64,000 nt of DNA. Origin: an uncultured Bacteroidales bacterium. Its GTDB lineage: Bacteria > Bacteroidota > Bacteroidia > Bacteroidales > Bacteroidaceae. A program made the translations under genes and the position numbers. The stretch lies in NCBI GenBank assembly GCA_902786925.1, contig CADAEK010000004.1, positions 25,939 to 89,938 on the forward strand. Direction: 5' to 3'. Shown in pieces: positions 46,421 to 56,482 of this stretch; position 1 is the first letter of the stretch, and each line of letters starts with the position of its first letter. Under the pieces are notes generated by a model. That model ran no database searches. It had not been told where the DNA came from and saw only the letters and a list, made by a program, of their open reading frames with translations.

Positions 46421-47266
46421 CTATTGTTGGTTGCTGTCCGAAACCAAGCGACGAATCTCGTCCTGCTTATCAGCATATAACTGATAGAGCAATTTTCCAT
46501 TAAGCAGAGCTTGCTCCTTCGTAAAATCGTTGTTCCACAAGCGCATGCCACCAGCAGTAAGACTTTGGAAACCGGCATCGTACCAACCCACTTGCAATCC
46601 GCTGAGCCAAGTGCGTGCACAAAGCTCATAGTCATCAAACTGGAACGGAGCAAAACGGAAGTCTATATGATGCAGATGTTGAGCATACAGCTCTTTGTTT
46701 ATCCACATAGGAGCACGATTGACTGCTGTGACAAAGCAGAAGTCACCCTGCGATTGCGATGCTCCTCCATGCGCCCACATCTTGTCGGACTCGAAAGCAA
46801 TGTCCAGTCCACCTTTACCCCCAAGAATAGCCATTCGAGGATGCTGCTCAAACAATTCAACAGCCTTCTCCACCCATCCTATGCCTTCAAAATCATCATC
46901 ATCCTGCATCAAAGCAATATACCGACCGTTCGCCAATCGGATGGCTTTATCATAAGTAACATTCTCAAACAGGTCGTTAGCACGAAGCAAGAACTCATTA
47001 GCGCCAGTTAGTGCAGCGGCAAGACGCATCGTATGCTCAGACTTGGAGCCGTCATCGATAACAATGATTTCCGCATTATCATATTGGCGCAGCTTGGGCA
47101 ACACGTGGCATATCTGCAGACTCTTATCGTGCGACTGCAAGATGAATGTCACCTTAGGTTCTTTCCGATACCCCTTTGCCACCCATGAAGCATGATTCTT
47201 TTTCTGTTGTGCAGAACCCGTACGTTTCTGCAAGGCAAGTTTAATCTTTTCTATTAAAAGCTTCAT
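46421..47266 (-). CDS. Glycosyltransferase (GT2-like, GT-A fold)
   Basis: The start was moved to MKLLIEKIK (47266). It contains VTFILQSHD ... IIVIDDGSKSEH ... MQDDDD. Confidence 0.65.
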   Translation of the reverse strand: MKLLIEKIKLALQKRTGSAQQKKNHASWVAKGYRKEPKVTFILQSHDKSLQICHVLPKLRQYDNAEIIVIDDGSKSEHTMRLAAALTGANEFLLRANDLFENVTYDKAIRLANGRYIALMQDDDDFEGIGWVEKAVELFEQHPRMAILGGKGGLDIAFESDKMWAHGGASQSQGDFCFVTAVNRAPMWINKELYAQHLHHIDFRFAPFQFDDYELCARTWLSGLQVGWYDAGFQSLTAGGMRLWNNDFTKEQALLNGKLLYQLYADKQDEIRRLVSDSNQQ

Positions 47267-47325
47267 ATCAATTGTTCTGTTCTGTGAAGCAAATCCGCTC
47301 TGAATAAAGGAAAGTGCTTCAACGG

Positions 47326-47355
47326 AAAAAAGTACGCCCACCAATGGGCGTACTT
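47326..47355 (-). terminator. Rho-independent terminator of the glycogen operon
   Basis: 11-bp perfect stem aagtacgccca / tgggcgtactt with loop ccaa. A U-run follows on the minus strand. Confidence 0.6.
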
Positions 47356-47411
47356 CTCAAATGTTCATTGTTGATTGGACGCACGAAGCGTTGAGATTCA
47401 TACAAATTTCG

Positions 47412-48818
47412 TTACTTCTTTTTTGCTGATGCTTTCTTAGCTGGAGCGGCTTTCTCAGAAGTTGTCTCTGCCTTTGGCGCTGCCTTCTTGACAGGAGCCA
47501 CTTTCTTGGCTGGTTTCTTCTCCACCTGTCCCGTTGGATTGTACTTTTCCAACTTCTTGCGCAGGCGCTCAATCTCTTTGTCTTTGGCAGCAAGCTCATC
47601 TCCCTGATTCTTAATCATGGTGATAAGACCGTCAATCTCTTCATTATCGGCTCCACCATAGAGGTTATTGACGCGAGAGATGAAATCGCCCAAGATGTTC
47701 ATGTAGTTGGTGAATGCATCATATGGACTGTCGTATATGCCACGATACTGATAACCCGGCTTGGTGGTCATGAAACGGAAGTTGTTGGATGCTTGCAAAG
47801 AATCCCAGTCCTTCTGGATACGACGGTCGCCAGAGACACGCACACGGTCAGCAATACTGTATAGTTTATTGAATGCCTCACGCTGCATGACATTGCCTAA
47901 CCAGCATGAAGTGTCACGCTCTTCGTCCACCCAAGAGATGTTGTAAGGCACTTCAATGGCACCCACACTCTTCTCTTCGCACAGCTCTGACGGATGTGCA
48001 AAACCAATGCCTCGCTCTTTTGCAAGAGCCGGAATGGCTTTCAAGAATTCCAAGATGTTGCTGGAGAGAGGTTGCAGAATACCGAAAGTAACCAACTCAC
48101 CAAAGATATTGATGATGTCCTCACCCTCTGGAGTGTTGGCAATCCAATCTACCCATTTGTCAGCAAACAATGGGAATTCAGACCAGTCCTGGCGTGAGAA
48201 ACGCTCTGTGATGTCCTCTGACAACTTAATGTCACGCAACAAAAGCTTCAAACGTGGGTCGCTCGCGCAATGATATAGATAGTGAGGAGATTTCCATCCT
48301 AACACCTGCTTGGCTCCTTCTGTAATCATACCTTTGAAACCCATGCTTGCCACTTGAGCACCTATCTCGTCGTTGTAGATGAGTGATGAGTTGCGGAATA
48401 CTGTAGGGCGTTTGCCAAACATCTCCTTAATCGTGTCACTCATACGTTTCACCTCATTGGCAAAACTCTCCTCATTCGCCAAAGAGGCAAGTCCGTGACT
48501 ATATGGCTCACACAAGAACTCCGCTTGACCTGTTGAGTTAATCTCTCGAAGCAAGTCCAGCACTTGAGGAGCATGGAGTTCCAACTGTTCCAGTCCGACA
48601 CCTGACAGAGAGAAGGCTACCTTAAACTCCGGATAGTCCTTACACATTTGAAGAAGTGTCTGCAATGCAGGAACATAACTACGTTCTGCTATATCATTGA
48701 TAGAGCGTTCATTCTCATAGTCGTCATAGTAATAATGGTCACGACCGATATCAAAGAAACGGTAACGCTTGAGATGAATTATCTGGTGAATCTCAAAATA
48801 AAGACAAATCTTTTTCAT
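47412..48818 (-). CDS. Glycoside hydrolase family 57 (alpha-amylase-like) with a coiled-coil plus Lys/Ala/Pro-rich C-terminal tail
   Basis: The start was moved to MKKICLYFEIHQIIHLKRYRFFDIG, a GH57-type N-terminus. The tail reads KKPAKKVAPVKKAAPKAETTSEKAAPAKKASAKKK. Confidence 0.75.
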   Translation of the reverse strand: MKKICLYFEIHQIIHLKRYRFFDIGRDHYYYDDYENERSINDIAERSYVPALQTLLQMCKDYPEFKVAFSLSGVGLEQLELHAPQVLDLLREINSTGQAEFLCEPYSHGLASLANEESFANEVKRMSDTIKEMFGKRPTVFRNSSLIYNDEIGAQVASMGFKGMITEGAKQVLGWKSPHYLYHCASDPRLKLLLRDIKLSEDITERFSRQDWSEFPLFADKWVDWIANTPEGEDIINIFGELVTFGILQPLSSNILEFLKAIPALAKERGIGFAHPSELCEEKSVGAIEVPYNISWVDEERDTSCWLGNVMQREAFNKLYSIADRVRVSGDRRIQKDWDSLQASNNFRFMTTKPGYQYRGIYDSPYDAFTNYMNILGDFISRVNNLYGGADNEEIDGLITMIKNQGDELAAKDKEIERLRKKLEKYNPTGQVEKKPAKKVAPVKKAAPKAETTSEKAAPAKKASAKKK

Positions 48819-48906
48819 ATTATTTGAGGTTTTGGGGCTACGGGAGGAATGATTCTCGGAGGTTCTTACTGCCTCAATCACCAACGACCCTATAACCAAT
48901 TAATGT

Positions 48907-50184
48907 TCAATGTATAAATCCTCCGTTGTATATGCACTGGTCATAAAGCTTACGGATGCGGTGGCCTACTTTCTCCCATGTGATTTCAGCAACCTCCTTC
49001 AAGCCCTCTTCTTGCAAATACTTGTGTAGGCCGTCGTTGGTACAAAGGGAGTAAATGGCATCCGCCATTGCGTTGATATCCCAGTAATCTACTTTTATCA
49101 CCTTATCAAGAATCTCTCCACACCCAGATTGTTTAGAGATGATAGAGGGCGTGCCGCACTGCATCGCCTCAAGTGGTGCAATGCCGAAAGGTTCTGAAAC
49201 GGAAGGCATCACGAACACATCGGATGCTTTATAACACTCATACACTTGTTTTCCACGCTGGAAGCCTGGGAAATGAACACGGTCTGCAATGCCTTTAGCA
49301 GCGGCCAAGTCGACCATCTCCCAATATTTGTCACCAGAACCAGCAAAACAGAAACGGATATTCTTAGAACGCTTGCAAACCAAGTCGGCCGCCTCAATGA
49401 AGTACTCAGGACCTTTCTGCATCGTAATGCGCCCTAGGAAAGTAACGACCTTCTCTTTGCCATGATCAACACGGGGAATATCCAAATACTCTTGCGGAAG
49501 TGGATACACCGCATTATGCATAGCAAAGCACTTACGAGGATCTTGGTGGTATTCACGAATAACCGTCTGACGTGTCAGTTCAGACACGCACATAATGCAG
49601 TCAGCATGATCCATACCATTCTTCTCAATAGAATATACAGTTGGATTCACTTTGCCACGAGAACGGTCGAAGTCTGTTGCATGCACATGGATGCACAAAG
49701 GCTTACCACTCACCATCTTGGCATGAACGCCTGCTGGATATGTGAGCCAATCGTGAGCGTGGATGATGTCGAACTGTTCTGAACGAGCCACCACACCTGC
49801 GATAATAGAGAAATTGTTGATCTCATCATGAAGATTGCCAGGATATCCACCAGCAAATTCCATACATCCCATGTCGTTCACATTCATATATGAGAAGTCG
49901 GCATAGATATGATCACGGAAATTATAATATTCTTCAGGTGTCATGTAGTCAGGAATACGACTCTTCACATAATTGTAGTCGTGACCACGATATACAATAG
50001 GTACCTGATTCATGCCGATGATGCGCAAGAACTTCTCTTCTTCTCCACAGGGCTTAGGAAGGCAAAAGGTTATTTCAGCGTCAGGCTGACCTTCAATCAT
50101 CCCCTTGGTGATGCCATAAGAAGCGACTGCAAGTCCACCATATATTTTAGGAGGGAATTCCCAACCAAACATTAAAACTTTCAT
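48907..50184 (-). CDS. GT4-type glycosyltransferase (Bacteroidales glycogen synthase-like)
   Basis: 425 aa. MKVLMFGWEFPPKIYGGLAVA ... PSVSEPFGIAPLEAM are GT-B retaining transferase motifs. It sits between the GH57 and debranching enzyme genes. Confidence 0.8.
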   Translation of the reverse strand: MKVLMFGWEFPPKIYGGLAVASYGITKGMIEGQPDAEITFCLPKPCGEEEKFLRIIGMNQVPIVYRGHDYNYVKSRIPDYMTPEEYYNFRDHIYADFSYMNVNDMGCMEFAGGYPGNLHDEINNFSIIAGVVARSEQFDIIHAHDWLTYPAGVHAKMVSGKPLCIHVHATDFDRSRGKVNPTVYSIEKNGMDHADCIMCVSELTRQTVIREYHQDPRKCFAMHNAVYPLPQEYLDIPRVDHGKEKVVTFLGRITMQKGPEYFIEAADLVCKRSKNIRFCFAGSGDKYWEMVDLAAAKGIADRVHFPGFQRGKQVYECYKASDVFVMPSVSEPFGIAPLEAMQCGTPSIISKQSGCGEILDKVIKVDYWDINAMADAIYSLCTNDGLHKYLQEEGLKEVAEITWEKVGHRIRKLYDQCIYNGGFIH

Positions 50185-50201
50185 ATCTTCTGTCCTCCGC
50201 T

Positions 50202-52145
50202 TTAATAATTATAGAATTTAGAAAGAACCTTGTTGACACGCAACACCGCAGCTACATTCATGGCAAAGGAAAGAGCTCCACGTCCGCTGAATGGTGGATT
50301 TCCATCAAACAATTCGGGGAGTGTGCCTATACAGTGGTAGTTCATCTCTTCTTCCAAGCCAATAAAACAACGGTCCACCCATGAAAGTGCACTACGTTTA
50401 TAGATTTTCAGGCATGTTTCCAAATAGAAGCCCGAGAGCCATGGCCATACGGTTCCCTGATGATATGCAGAGTCACGTTGAACCTGTCCGCCTGCATAGA
50501 TAGGGTTATATCCACCAGACTTCGGAGAGAGAGAGCGTATGCCCTTAGGGGTCAGCAGCTCTTTCGTGCAAATATCAAAAATCTTCTTTCGCTCAGGTAT
50601 TGTCAACGGACTATACTCTAACGATGAAGCAATCAGCATATTAGGACGGACTGACCATGAGATGTATCCTTCATCCACATAGTCAAGCAAGTACCCATGT
50701 TCATTCAAGAATGTGTCCTTGAATGAGCGGCCAGTAACCTCTGCTAACTGTGTATATACCTCTGCTTCCGCTGTTCGATTAGCAGACGTCAGCATCTCTG
50801 CGTTGAAGCACAGAGCATTATACCAAAGAGCATTGATTTCAACCACATAGCCTGAACGCGGAACGACAGGTGAGCCATTTACTTCGGAATTCATCCACGT
50901 AACTGCGTGTTCACGTCCATCGGTAAAAAGCAAACCATTCTCATGCAACTGCAAATTAGGATGCTGACCAGACTTAATGTAATCGACAATTAAACCTACC
51001 AGCTTGCCATATTTATCGCGTGCAACATCTGCATCCACCAGACGAGCATACTGCTGAATACACCAAACAGCCCACAGCAAAACATCTGGTTTATCCATCT
51101 CAAACATCTTAATGGATGACTTTTTGCCGCCGATGAAATCCTGAATAGCTTTTTCGGCAGTCTTCATACACTTCTCATAGTATGAGACCTCATCAATGGC
51201 AAGCGTCAAACCAGGAAGAGACACAAACATGTCACGTGCCCGACACTTGAACCAAGGGTATCCTGCTATGATATAAGTCTCGCCATCCCGCTCGTAATGA
51301 AACTGGTGGGCAGCATTAACAAGACACGTCTGGAAGTTGGTACGAGGAGCATGCACGTCATACTCATAGTCGAAAATTTTCTTCAACTGCGTTGACTTCA
51401 GTTCACTCAATCCAGCCGCAAAGACCACACTTTCGCCCTTCTTGATGTTGAATTCGAAATAGCCTGGGACATACAAGTCCTCTTTGTAGTCATAACCTAA
51501 TTCCTGTTCCTTCTGATATTCAATGCCACGATACCAATTTGGTTCAAAGACAAACTCATTCTTCTTATTGAGCTGCATCATCAGCTCTGGATAGCCAGGA
51601 TATAGGCGGGTCTTAATACCATTGTCGATTACATCATAATGCCTATTTGCTCCCGCATTTTCGTGCGTACATTCCTCTACACTACGGAATGCCAAGAATG
51701 GGCGCAAGCGCAATGTTGTGACAGAATGGGCATCAAGTAATGTGTAACGAATCAGTATCCGGTTTTCAAAATGCTGGAAGACCTTTTCTTTCTTCAATAT
51801 CACACCACCTACACGGTAAATTGTTGTTGGAAGTTTCTCCCATTCGCACGAACGAATGTATTTATGTCCATTAGGACTATATACGTTACCCGAATATTTA
51901 TGAAGGCCAAGATTAAACTGAGCCCCATGCTGAATGACGGTCTCATCTAATGAAGACAAAAGAACATGATTTTCATCATCCAGTTCAGGAACCGGAACTA
52001 CCAACAAACCGTGATATTTACGCGTATTACAATCCACAATGGATGAACATGAATACGCACCTGACCTATTCGTGCGCAGAATCTCTTTAGGCAGAGACTC
52101 AGGCAGGTTAGCCATCAGAGCTTTATCAAAACGTAAATAACTCAT
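50202..52145 (-). CDS. Glycogen debranching enzyme (amylo-alpha-1,6-glucosidase family)
   Basis: 647 aa. It has the N-terminal NTRKYHGLLV and a C-terminal (alpha/alpha)6 region with YHQGTVWPWL. Confidence 0.85.
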   Translation of the reverse strand: MSYLRFDKALMANLPESLPKEILRTNRSGAYSCSSIVDCNTRKYHGLLVVPVPELDDENHVLLSSLDETVIQHGAQFNLGLHKYSGNVYSPNGHKYIRSCEWEKLPTTIYRVGGVILKKEKVFQHFENRILIRYTLLDAHSVTTLRLRPFLAFRSVEECTHENAGANRHYDVIDNGIKTRLYPGYPELMMQLNKKNEFVFEPNWYRGIEYQKEQELGYDYKEDLYVPGYFEFNIKKGESVVFAAGLSELKSTQLKKIFDYEYDVHAPRTNFQTCLVNAAHQFHYERDGETYIIAGYPWFKCRARDMFVSLPGLTLAIDEVSYYEKCMKTAEKAIQDFIGGKKSSIKMFEMDKPDVLLWAVWCIQQYARLVDADVARDKYGKLVGLIVDYIKSGQHPNLQLHENGLLFTDGREHAVTWMNSEVNGSPVVPRSGYVVEINALWYNALCFNAEMLTSANRTAEAEVYTQLAEVTGRSFKDTFLNEHGYLLDYVDEGYISWSVRPNMLIASSLEYSPLTIPERKKIFDICTKELLTPKGIRSLSPKSGGYNPIYAGGQVQRDSAYHQGTVWPWLSGFYLETCLKIYKRSALSWVDRCFIGLEEEMNYHCIGTLPELFDGNPPFSGRGALSFAMNVAAVLRVNKVLSKFYNY

Positions 52146-52204
52146 AGTTGTATTTTAAGGTATTATTGTTACTTCTCTCGATTTTAGCGTTAGTTTTCAA
52201 CGTT

Positions 52205-52212
52205 CAAATTTA
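52205..52212 (-). promoter_or_regulatory. -7 promoter box (TAAATTTG on minus strand) for the glycogen operon
   Basis: Plus-strand caaattta, 59 nt upstream of the ATG at 52145. Confidence 0.45.
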
Positions 52213-52347
52213 GGAACATTTTTCCGTGTACACAACCTTTCCCCATTTTTTTTTCAAAAAAAAACGTTTACGTCATTTCAAAAGGCGCAAAACATGCTAT
52301 ATAGCAGAAAAAAGAAGGAAAGTTTTGTTTAATTAACAACTTGTACG

Positions 52348-52355
52348 TACCTTTG
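52348..52355 (+). promoter_or_regulatory. -7 promoter box TACCTTTG for the Crp/Fnr gene
   Basis: TAnnTTTG match 25 nt upstream of the ATG at 52381. Confidence 0.5.
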
Positions 52356-52380
52356 CAAAACTAACAAGAAAAGGGCAATA

Positions 52381-53085
52381 ATGAAAAAAAGAGATTCCAT
52401 TATCTTGACTGATGCGGTTGAAAGCCTTCAGGACATCATGCAGATCCTCTCCCCCACTCAACAAGAGGAGCTACGCCACTGCATGGCCATTCAAACATTC
52501 AAAAAGAATGAGGCACTTTATCAAGAAGGAGAAGTACCGCAGATGCTGCATTGCCTAATTCACGGAAAGGTGAAAATCTACAAGGATGGCATAAGTGGGC
52601 GCACTCAAATCATTCGTGTCATCAAGCCTGTTGAATATTTCGGATATCGAGCACATTTTGCCAACCAAAATTACGTAACATCTGCCGCGGCATTCGAGAC
52701 CAGCACAGTCTGTCTTATTCCAATCGAAATGATTGAGAAATGGATAATGGAGAACAGTGAATTTGCCATGTTCTTCATCAAGCTACTTGCTATTGAAGTA
52801 GGAAATTCGGACCAACGCACCGTAAACCTTACTCAAAAGCACATTCGAGGAAGATTAGCCGAATCGCTCATTTTTTTACGAGACAACTACGGTCTGGAAG
52901 AAGATGGTGCAACTCTATCCATATACCTTTCGCGCGAAGACCTTGCAAACATGTCAAACATGACCACATCAAACGCGATTCGAACGCTATCAGCTTTCGC
53001 TCAAGAGAAAATCATTGCCATTGATGGGAAAAAGATAAAAATCATCGATGGAGAAAGCCTTGAACGAATTAGCAAAATCGGATAG
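52381..53085 (+). CDS. Crp/Fnr family transcriptional regulator
   Basis: 234 aa with a cNMP-binding-like domain followed by an HTH (REDLANMSNMTTSNAIRTLS). Confidence 0.8.
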   Translation: MKKRDSIILTDAVESLQDIMQILSPTQQEELRHCMAIQTFKKNEALYQEGEVPQMLHCLIHGKVKIYKDGISGRTQIIRVIKPVEYFGYRAHFANQNYVTSAAAFETSTVCLIPIEMIEKWIMENSEFAMFFIKLLAIEVGNSDQRTVNLTQKHIRGRLAESLIFLRDNYGLEEDGATLSIYLSREDLANMSNMTTSNAIRTLSAFAQEKIIAIDGKKIKIIDGESLERISKIG

Positions 53086-53094
53086 AATCCCCTT

Positions 53095-54030
53095 TTATAG
53101 TGCTGGGACCACAAAATTGAGCGCATCTCGTTCAATTGTCACTCGCATAGGAGCAGGAGCTTTAGCATGGAGTACTATACCATCAAGCGAGACCAAAGCC
53201 TTATCCACGTCATTCACAACAATTTGACGCGCACGATAAGGATGGACATTTTTATAGTTCAGGAAACGGCCTTTGCCCAATAGCCAAAAGCCTTCAAATA
53301 GTTGCCACCATTTAGGACGCGTAATCAGAGAAACGTCTAGCAGTCCATTATAAGGAACAGAATTAGGTGTTTGCCCATAGCCCAAGCAATTGCCCACACA
53401 CATAGACATATATTTCCCTTCTATTTCCTCCGTTTCTATCTTCATTGACATAGTAAACTGCTTACGCTCAAAAATACGATTAATAAGCGCAGAAATTATC
53501 GAAAGGCGGCGAGATCCAATGATATAGGCTGCATCATACGTCGTTTTTATCAAACGCGCTCCTAAACCGACATTAACACAGTTCAAGAAATACCGGCGTT
53601 GAGGGATTTGCTCATCTTGATATGTACAACATCCAACATCCACTTTACGGAGGTTCCTTGCTATAAGGCCATCCACCACCCGCTTGTAGTCATCAGTAGA
53701 GACGCCCCAAAAGCGAGAGAAATCATTACCAATGCCATTGGGGATTACCGCAAACGCAAAATCTTCTGGCAGTGTTTCTCGCGATTGCATTATCGCATTT
53801 ACGGCACAATTTAGAGCACCGTCTCCCCCCACTACAGCAATGGTTCTATAACCATTATCACACATCATCTTGGTCAATCGCTCCACAGAGCCAGAGGCTT
53901 CCGACTGAACAAAGTCAAAAAGAACGCCTTTCTGTTCCATGTACTGCCGGATAAGCTGCCAACGTTTCTGTGAACGATCCCATCCCGAATGAGGACTATA
54001 GATAACACCTATGCGATTTGCTTCTGCCAT
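53095..54030 (-). CDS. Diacylglycerol kinase family lipid kinase (YegS/BmrU-like)
   Basis: 311 aa. VVGGDGALN and IPNGIGNDF match the DAGK catalytic domain. Confidence 0.8.
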   Translation of the reverse strand: MAEANRIGVIYSPHSGWDRSQKRWQLIRQYMEQKGVLFDFVQSEASGSVERLTKMMCDNGYRTIAVVGGDGALNCAVNAIMQSRETLPEDFAFAVIPNGIGNDFSRFWGVSTDDYKRVVDGLIARNLRKVDVGCCTYQDEQIPQRRYFLNCVNVGLGARLIKTTYDAAYIIGSRRLSIISALINRIFERKQFTMSMKIETEEIEGKYMSMCVGNCLGYGQTPNSVPYNGLLDVSLITRPKWWQLFEGFWLLGKGRFLNYKNVHPYRARQIVVNDVDKALVSLDGIVLHAKAPAPMRVTIERDALNFVVPAL

Positions 54031-54758
54031 AATTCTTTTACTTTCTGTACACGTTCCTCTAGTGGCATTTCAACATCAAGCCAATGAATTTGAATGCCTC
54101 GACGCTCTTCCATTCCACGAAACCACGTCATCTGTCTCTTAGCAAACTGGTGGATTGCAATCTCTAACAGAGAAACCATTTCATCATACTTCAATTGCCC
54201 CAACAAATACAATGTGACATATTTATATTCCAAGCCATATCTAATGAGCCTTTCTGTTGAAACACCTCGATCAATCAAGCCCTGTACTTCTTTCACCATC
54301 CCTTCATCCAAACGCGCACGAAGCCTACGACTAATCTTCTCTCTTCGTGCCTCACGACTTATATCCAATCCGATAATCAACGATTGAAATTTAGGGAAAG
54401 TCCGTCCATCAAATTCATAGCCTTTGATAACACTCTCAATGTACATACCTGTACCTCCGCATAATATAGGGAGCCGACCTTTATCCGTTATAATGCCATA
54501 GGCATCCAAAAAACCTTGTTGCCATTCGTACACATTATAGCGTGTCCCCGCCTCTGCTATATCAATTAAATGATATGGTATTGATTTCCCATCTATCACA
54601 TAATCAGCCAAGTCCTTGCCGGTTCCTATATCCATGCCACGATACACTTGACGGCTATCCGCACTGATAATCTCTCCATCCATATCATATGCAAGCCGTG
54701 CAGCAAAAGCCGTCTTCCCACATGCCGTAGGTCCCAATATAGTCAACAAGTCATTCAT
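54009..54758 (-). CDS. miaA: tRNA dimethylallyltransferase
   Basis: 249 aa. LGPTACGKT (P-loop), SADSRQVYRGMDIGTGK and FAKRQMTWFR are MiaA motifs. It overlaps the downstream kinase gene by 22 nt. Confidence 0.85.
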   Translation of the reverse strand: MNDLLTILGPTACGKTAFAARLAYDMDGEIISADSRQVYRGMDIGTGKDLADYVIDGKSIPYHLIDIAEAGTRYNVYEWQQGFLDAYGIITDKGRLPILCGGTGMYIESVIKGYEFDGRTFPKFQSLIIGLDISREARREKISRRLRARLDEGMVKEVQGLIDRGVSTERLIRYGLEYKYVTLYLLGQLKYDEMVSLLEIAIHQFAKRQMTWFRGMEERRGIQIHWLDVEMPLEERVQKVKELWQKQIA

Positions 54759-54830
54759 CTGACAAACAGAATCTCTTTATCATAATTTAACAACACCAAC
54801 ATATCTCAACAGGGTACATACTTGCTCACA

Positions 54831-56213
54831 TTAATGAATAAGCCAAAACACAGCAAGACCAACCATCCATGCGACTAGAGCACGCCACAAATAATGGCGA
54901 ATATACCATTTGAAACGAATTCGCTCGACTTCCAACATTGCCTGCCCTGCCATCGAACCAACAAACAGGAGGCACCCTCCACATGCACAACAGTATGATA
55001 GAAGCTGCCAATAGATTCCGTTTTGGGCAAATTCAGAAGTAGAGTCCAGTGCCATATCAATGTGGAACAAATTCATGCCCGCCATTACCAATGGAACATT
55101 ATCTAAAATAGATGATAATACACCAACAACTAATCCATATATGTACACGTTGTCTACATAGCCCTCCAGCCATATGCCTACATAATCCAATGCGCCACAT
55201 TCTGCCAATGCACCAACGCCTAGAGAAACACCCAGAAAATACAGAATAAGACGCATGCCTATGAATTCCGTGTTGCGAAAATAATGGCGTTGAACCATCA
55301 ACACATTACCATTTCTCTCTAGGTTGAAAAGTCCTTCTACCGCCCATATGAGTGCCAATACAGACAATGAGCCCAAGAATGGTGGGAGTTTTGTGATGTA
55401 ATGGAAGGATGGGATAAACCAAAGTCCAACGATACCAAGAATCAACAATGTTGCCTTCTGCCAGCTAGACCAATATGAGTCATCGCCATGATATCGAGAA
55501 ATCACAGAAAAAATTTCAACACGACCATGGAGTCGCATTCCTAGTAATGCATTAAATACGCACACAGTAACAATCGCCGGTGGGAAAAGCCCTGCAGCAT
55601 AAGCCGATGGTGTGATTGCACCTCGAACCCACAGCATCAGCGAAGTCATGTCACCAATAGCTGTAAAGCACCCGCCCATACATGCCGACACCAAAATAGA
55701 GCATGCATAGATGACGCGTTGATGGGAATTGCGCACAATTTGAGAAATGATGCTCATCATCAGCACTACAGTAGTCAAGTTATCCACGTTGGCAGATATG
55801 GCAAACGTAAGCAATGAAATAACCCATAAAAACAGGCGGCTATTACGCATCCGAAGCCAGTAAATCAACGCATCGAACACACCATTGTTGTGCATCACCT
55901 CCACAATAGTGTTAGTGGCTATCAAAAAAAGAATCACAGAACATGCCTCTATAATATATTTAGTCACAACATGTTCAGCCACAAAGAATTTCAGTCCATC
56001 AGCAGTTGAGTTTCCACCAGCCAAGAACTCCTGATATTCCATGCCATGCATCAAATGGACAAAATCGCCACCATTCAGCATGTAAATTACCCAAGTAATC
56101 ACGCCACACACCATTGCAACTGTTGCACGATTGATGTGATGCATCTGCTCTGTGCTCATCAATATGAAGCCAATCAGCAGGACTGCCACGATGATTAATG
56201 TCATGAATAGCAT
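54831..56213 (-). CDS. NhaD/ArsB-type ion transporter (putative Na+/H+ antiporter)
   Basis: The start was moved to MLFMTLIIVAVLL (56213). About 460 aa with ~12 hydrophobic helices. The ORF-track N-terminus reads through the tRNA gene and was rejected. Confidence 0.7.
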   Translation of the reverse strand: MLFMTLIIVAVLLIGFILMSTEQMHHINRATVAMVCGVITWVIYMLNGGDFVHLMHGMEYQEFLAGGNSTADGLKFFVAEHVVTKYIIEACSVILFLIATNTIVEVMHNNGVFDALIYWLRMRNSRLFLWVISLLTFAISANVDNLTTVVLMMSIISQIVRNSHQRVIYACSILVSACMGGCFTAIGDMTSLMLWVRGAITPSAYAAGLFPPAIVTVCVFNALLGMRLHGRVEIFSVISRYHGDDSYWSSWQKATLLILGIVGLWFIPSFHYITKLPPFLGSLSVLALIWAVEGLFNLERNGNVLMVQRHYFRNTEFIGMRLILYFLGVSLGVGALAECGALDYVGIWLEGYVDNVYIYGLVVGVLSSILDNVPLVMAGMNLFHIDMALDSTSEFAQNGIYWQLLSYCCACGGCLLFVGSMAGQAMLEVERIRFKWYIRHYLWRALVAWMVGLAVFWLIH

Positions 56214-56240
56214 ATTACCCCCTCTTCTATGTTTTAAACG

Positions 56241-56270
56241 AGGGGATGTGTCAAAATAGACACATCCCCT
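56241..56270 (-). terminator. Hairpin downstream of tRNA-Gly
   Basis: 12-bp perfect stem aggggatgtgtc / gacacatcccct with a 6-nt loop. Only a weak U-run follows on the minus strand. Confidence 0.4.
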
Positions 56271-56299
56271 TCTTGATGACGGTCGAATAACATCTTGTG

Positions 56300-56372
56300 A
56301 GCGGTAGACGGGACTCGAACCCGCGACCCTCGGCTTGGGAAGCCAATGCTCTACCAACTGAGCCACTACCGC
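56300..56372 (-). tRNA. tRNA-Gly (anticodon CCC)
   Basis: The minus-strand 73-mer GCGGTAGTGGCTCAGTTGGTAGAGCATTGGCTTCCCAAGCCGAGGGTCGCGGGTTCGAGTCCCGTCTACCGCT folds as a cloverleaf. It has a 7-bp acceptor stem, the loop TTCCCAA and a GGTTCGAGTCC T-arm. No CCA end is encoded. Confidence 0.9.
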
Positions 56373-56399
56373 ATACGCATCATCTTCACGTTTCAAGTG

Positions 56400-56407
56400 C
56401 AAAGATA
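56400..56407 (-). promoter_or_regulatory. -7 promoter box (TATCTTTG on minus strand) for tRNA-Gly
   Basis: Plus-strand caaagata, 27 nt upstream of the tRNA 5' end. Confidence 0.45.
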
Positions 56408-56470
56408 AAAAATTATTGAGATTTACGCACCATGAACAAAAAATTATTTGTGTCCACTAATTATTTTTCC

Positions 56471-56478
56471 TAACTTTG
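56471..56478 (+). promoter_or_regulatory. -7 promoter box TAACTTTG directly abutting the recF start codon
   Basis: TAnnTTTG match only 4 nt (tcgc) upstream of the recF ATG at 56483. Confidence 0.45.
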
Positions 56479-56482
56479 TCGC

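Noticed and set aside
56214-56402. N-terminal extension of the transporter ORF (track ORF 54831-56402)
   Set aside because: The extension reads straight through the tRNA-Gly gene (56300-56372) and its hairpin. The hydrophobic protein begins naturally at MLFMTLII (ATG at 56213).
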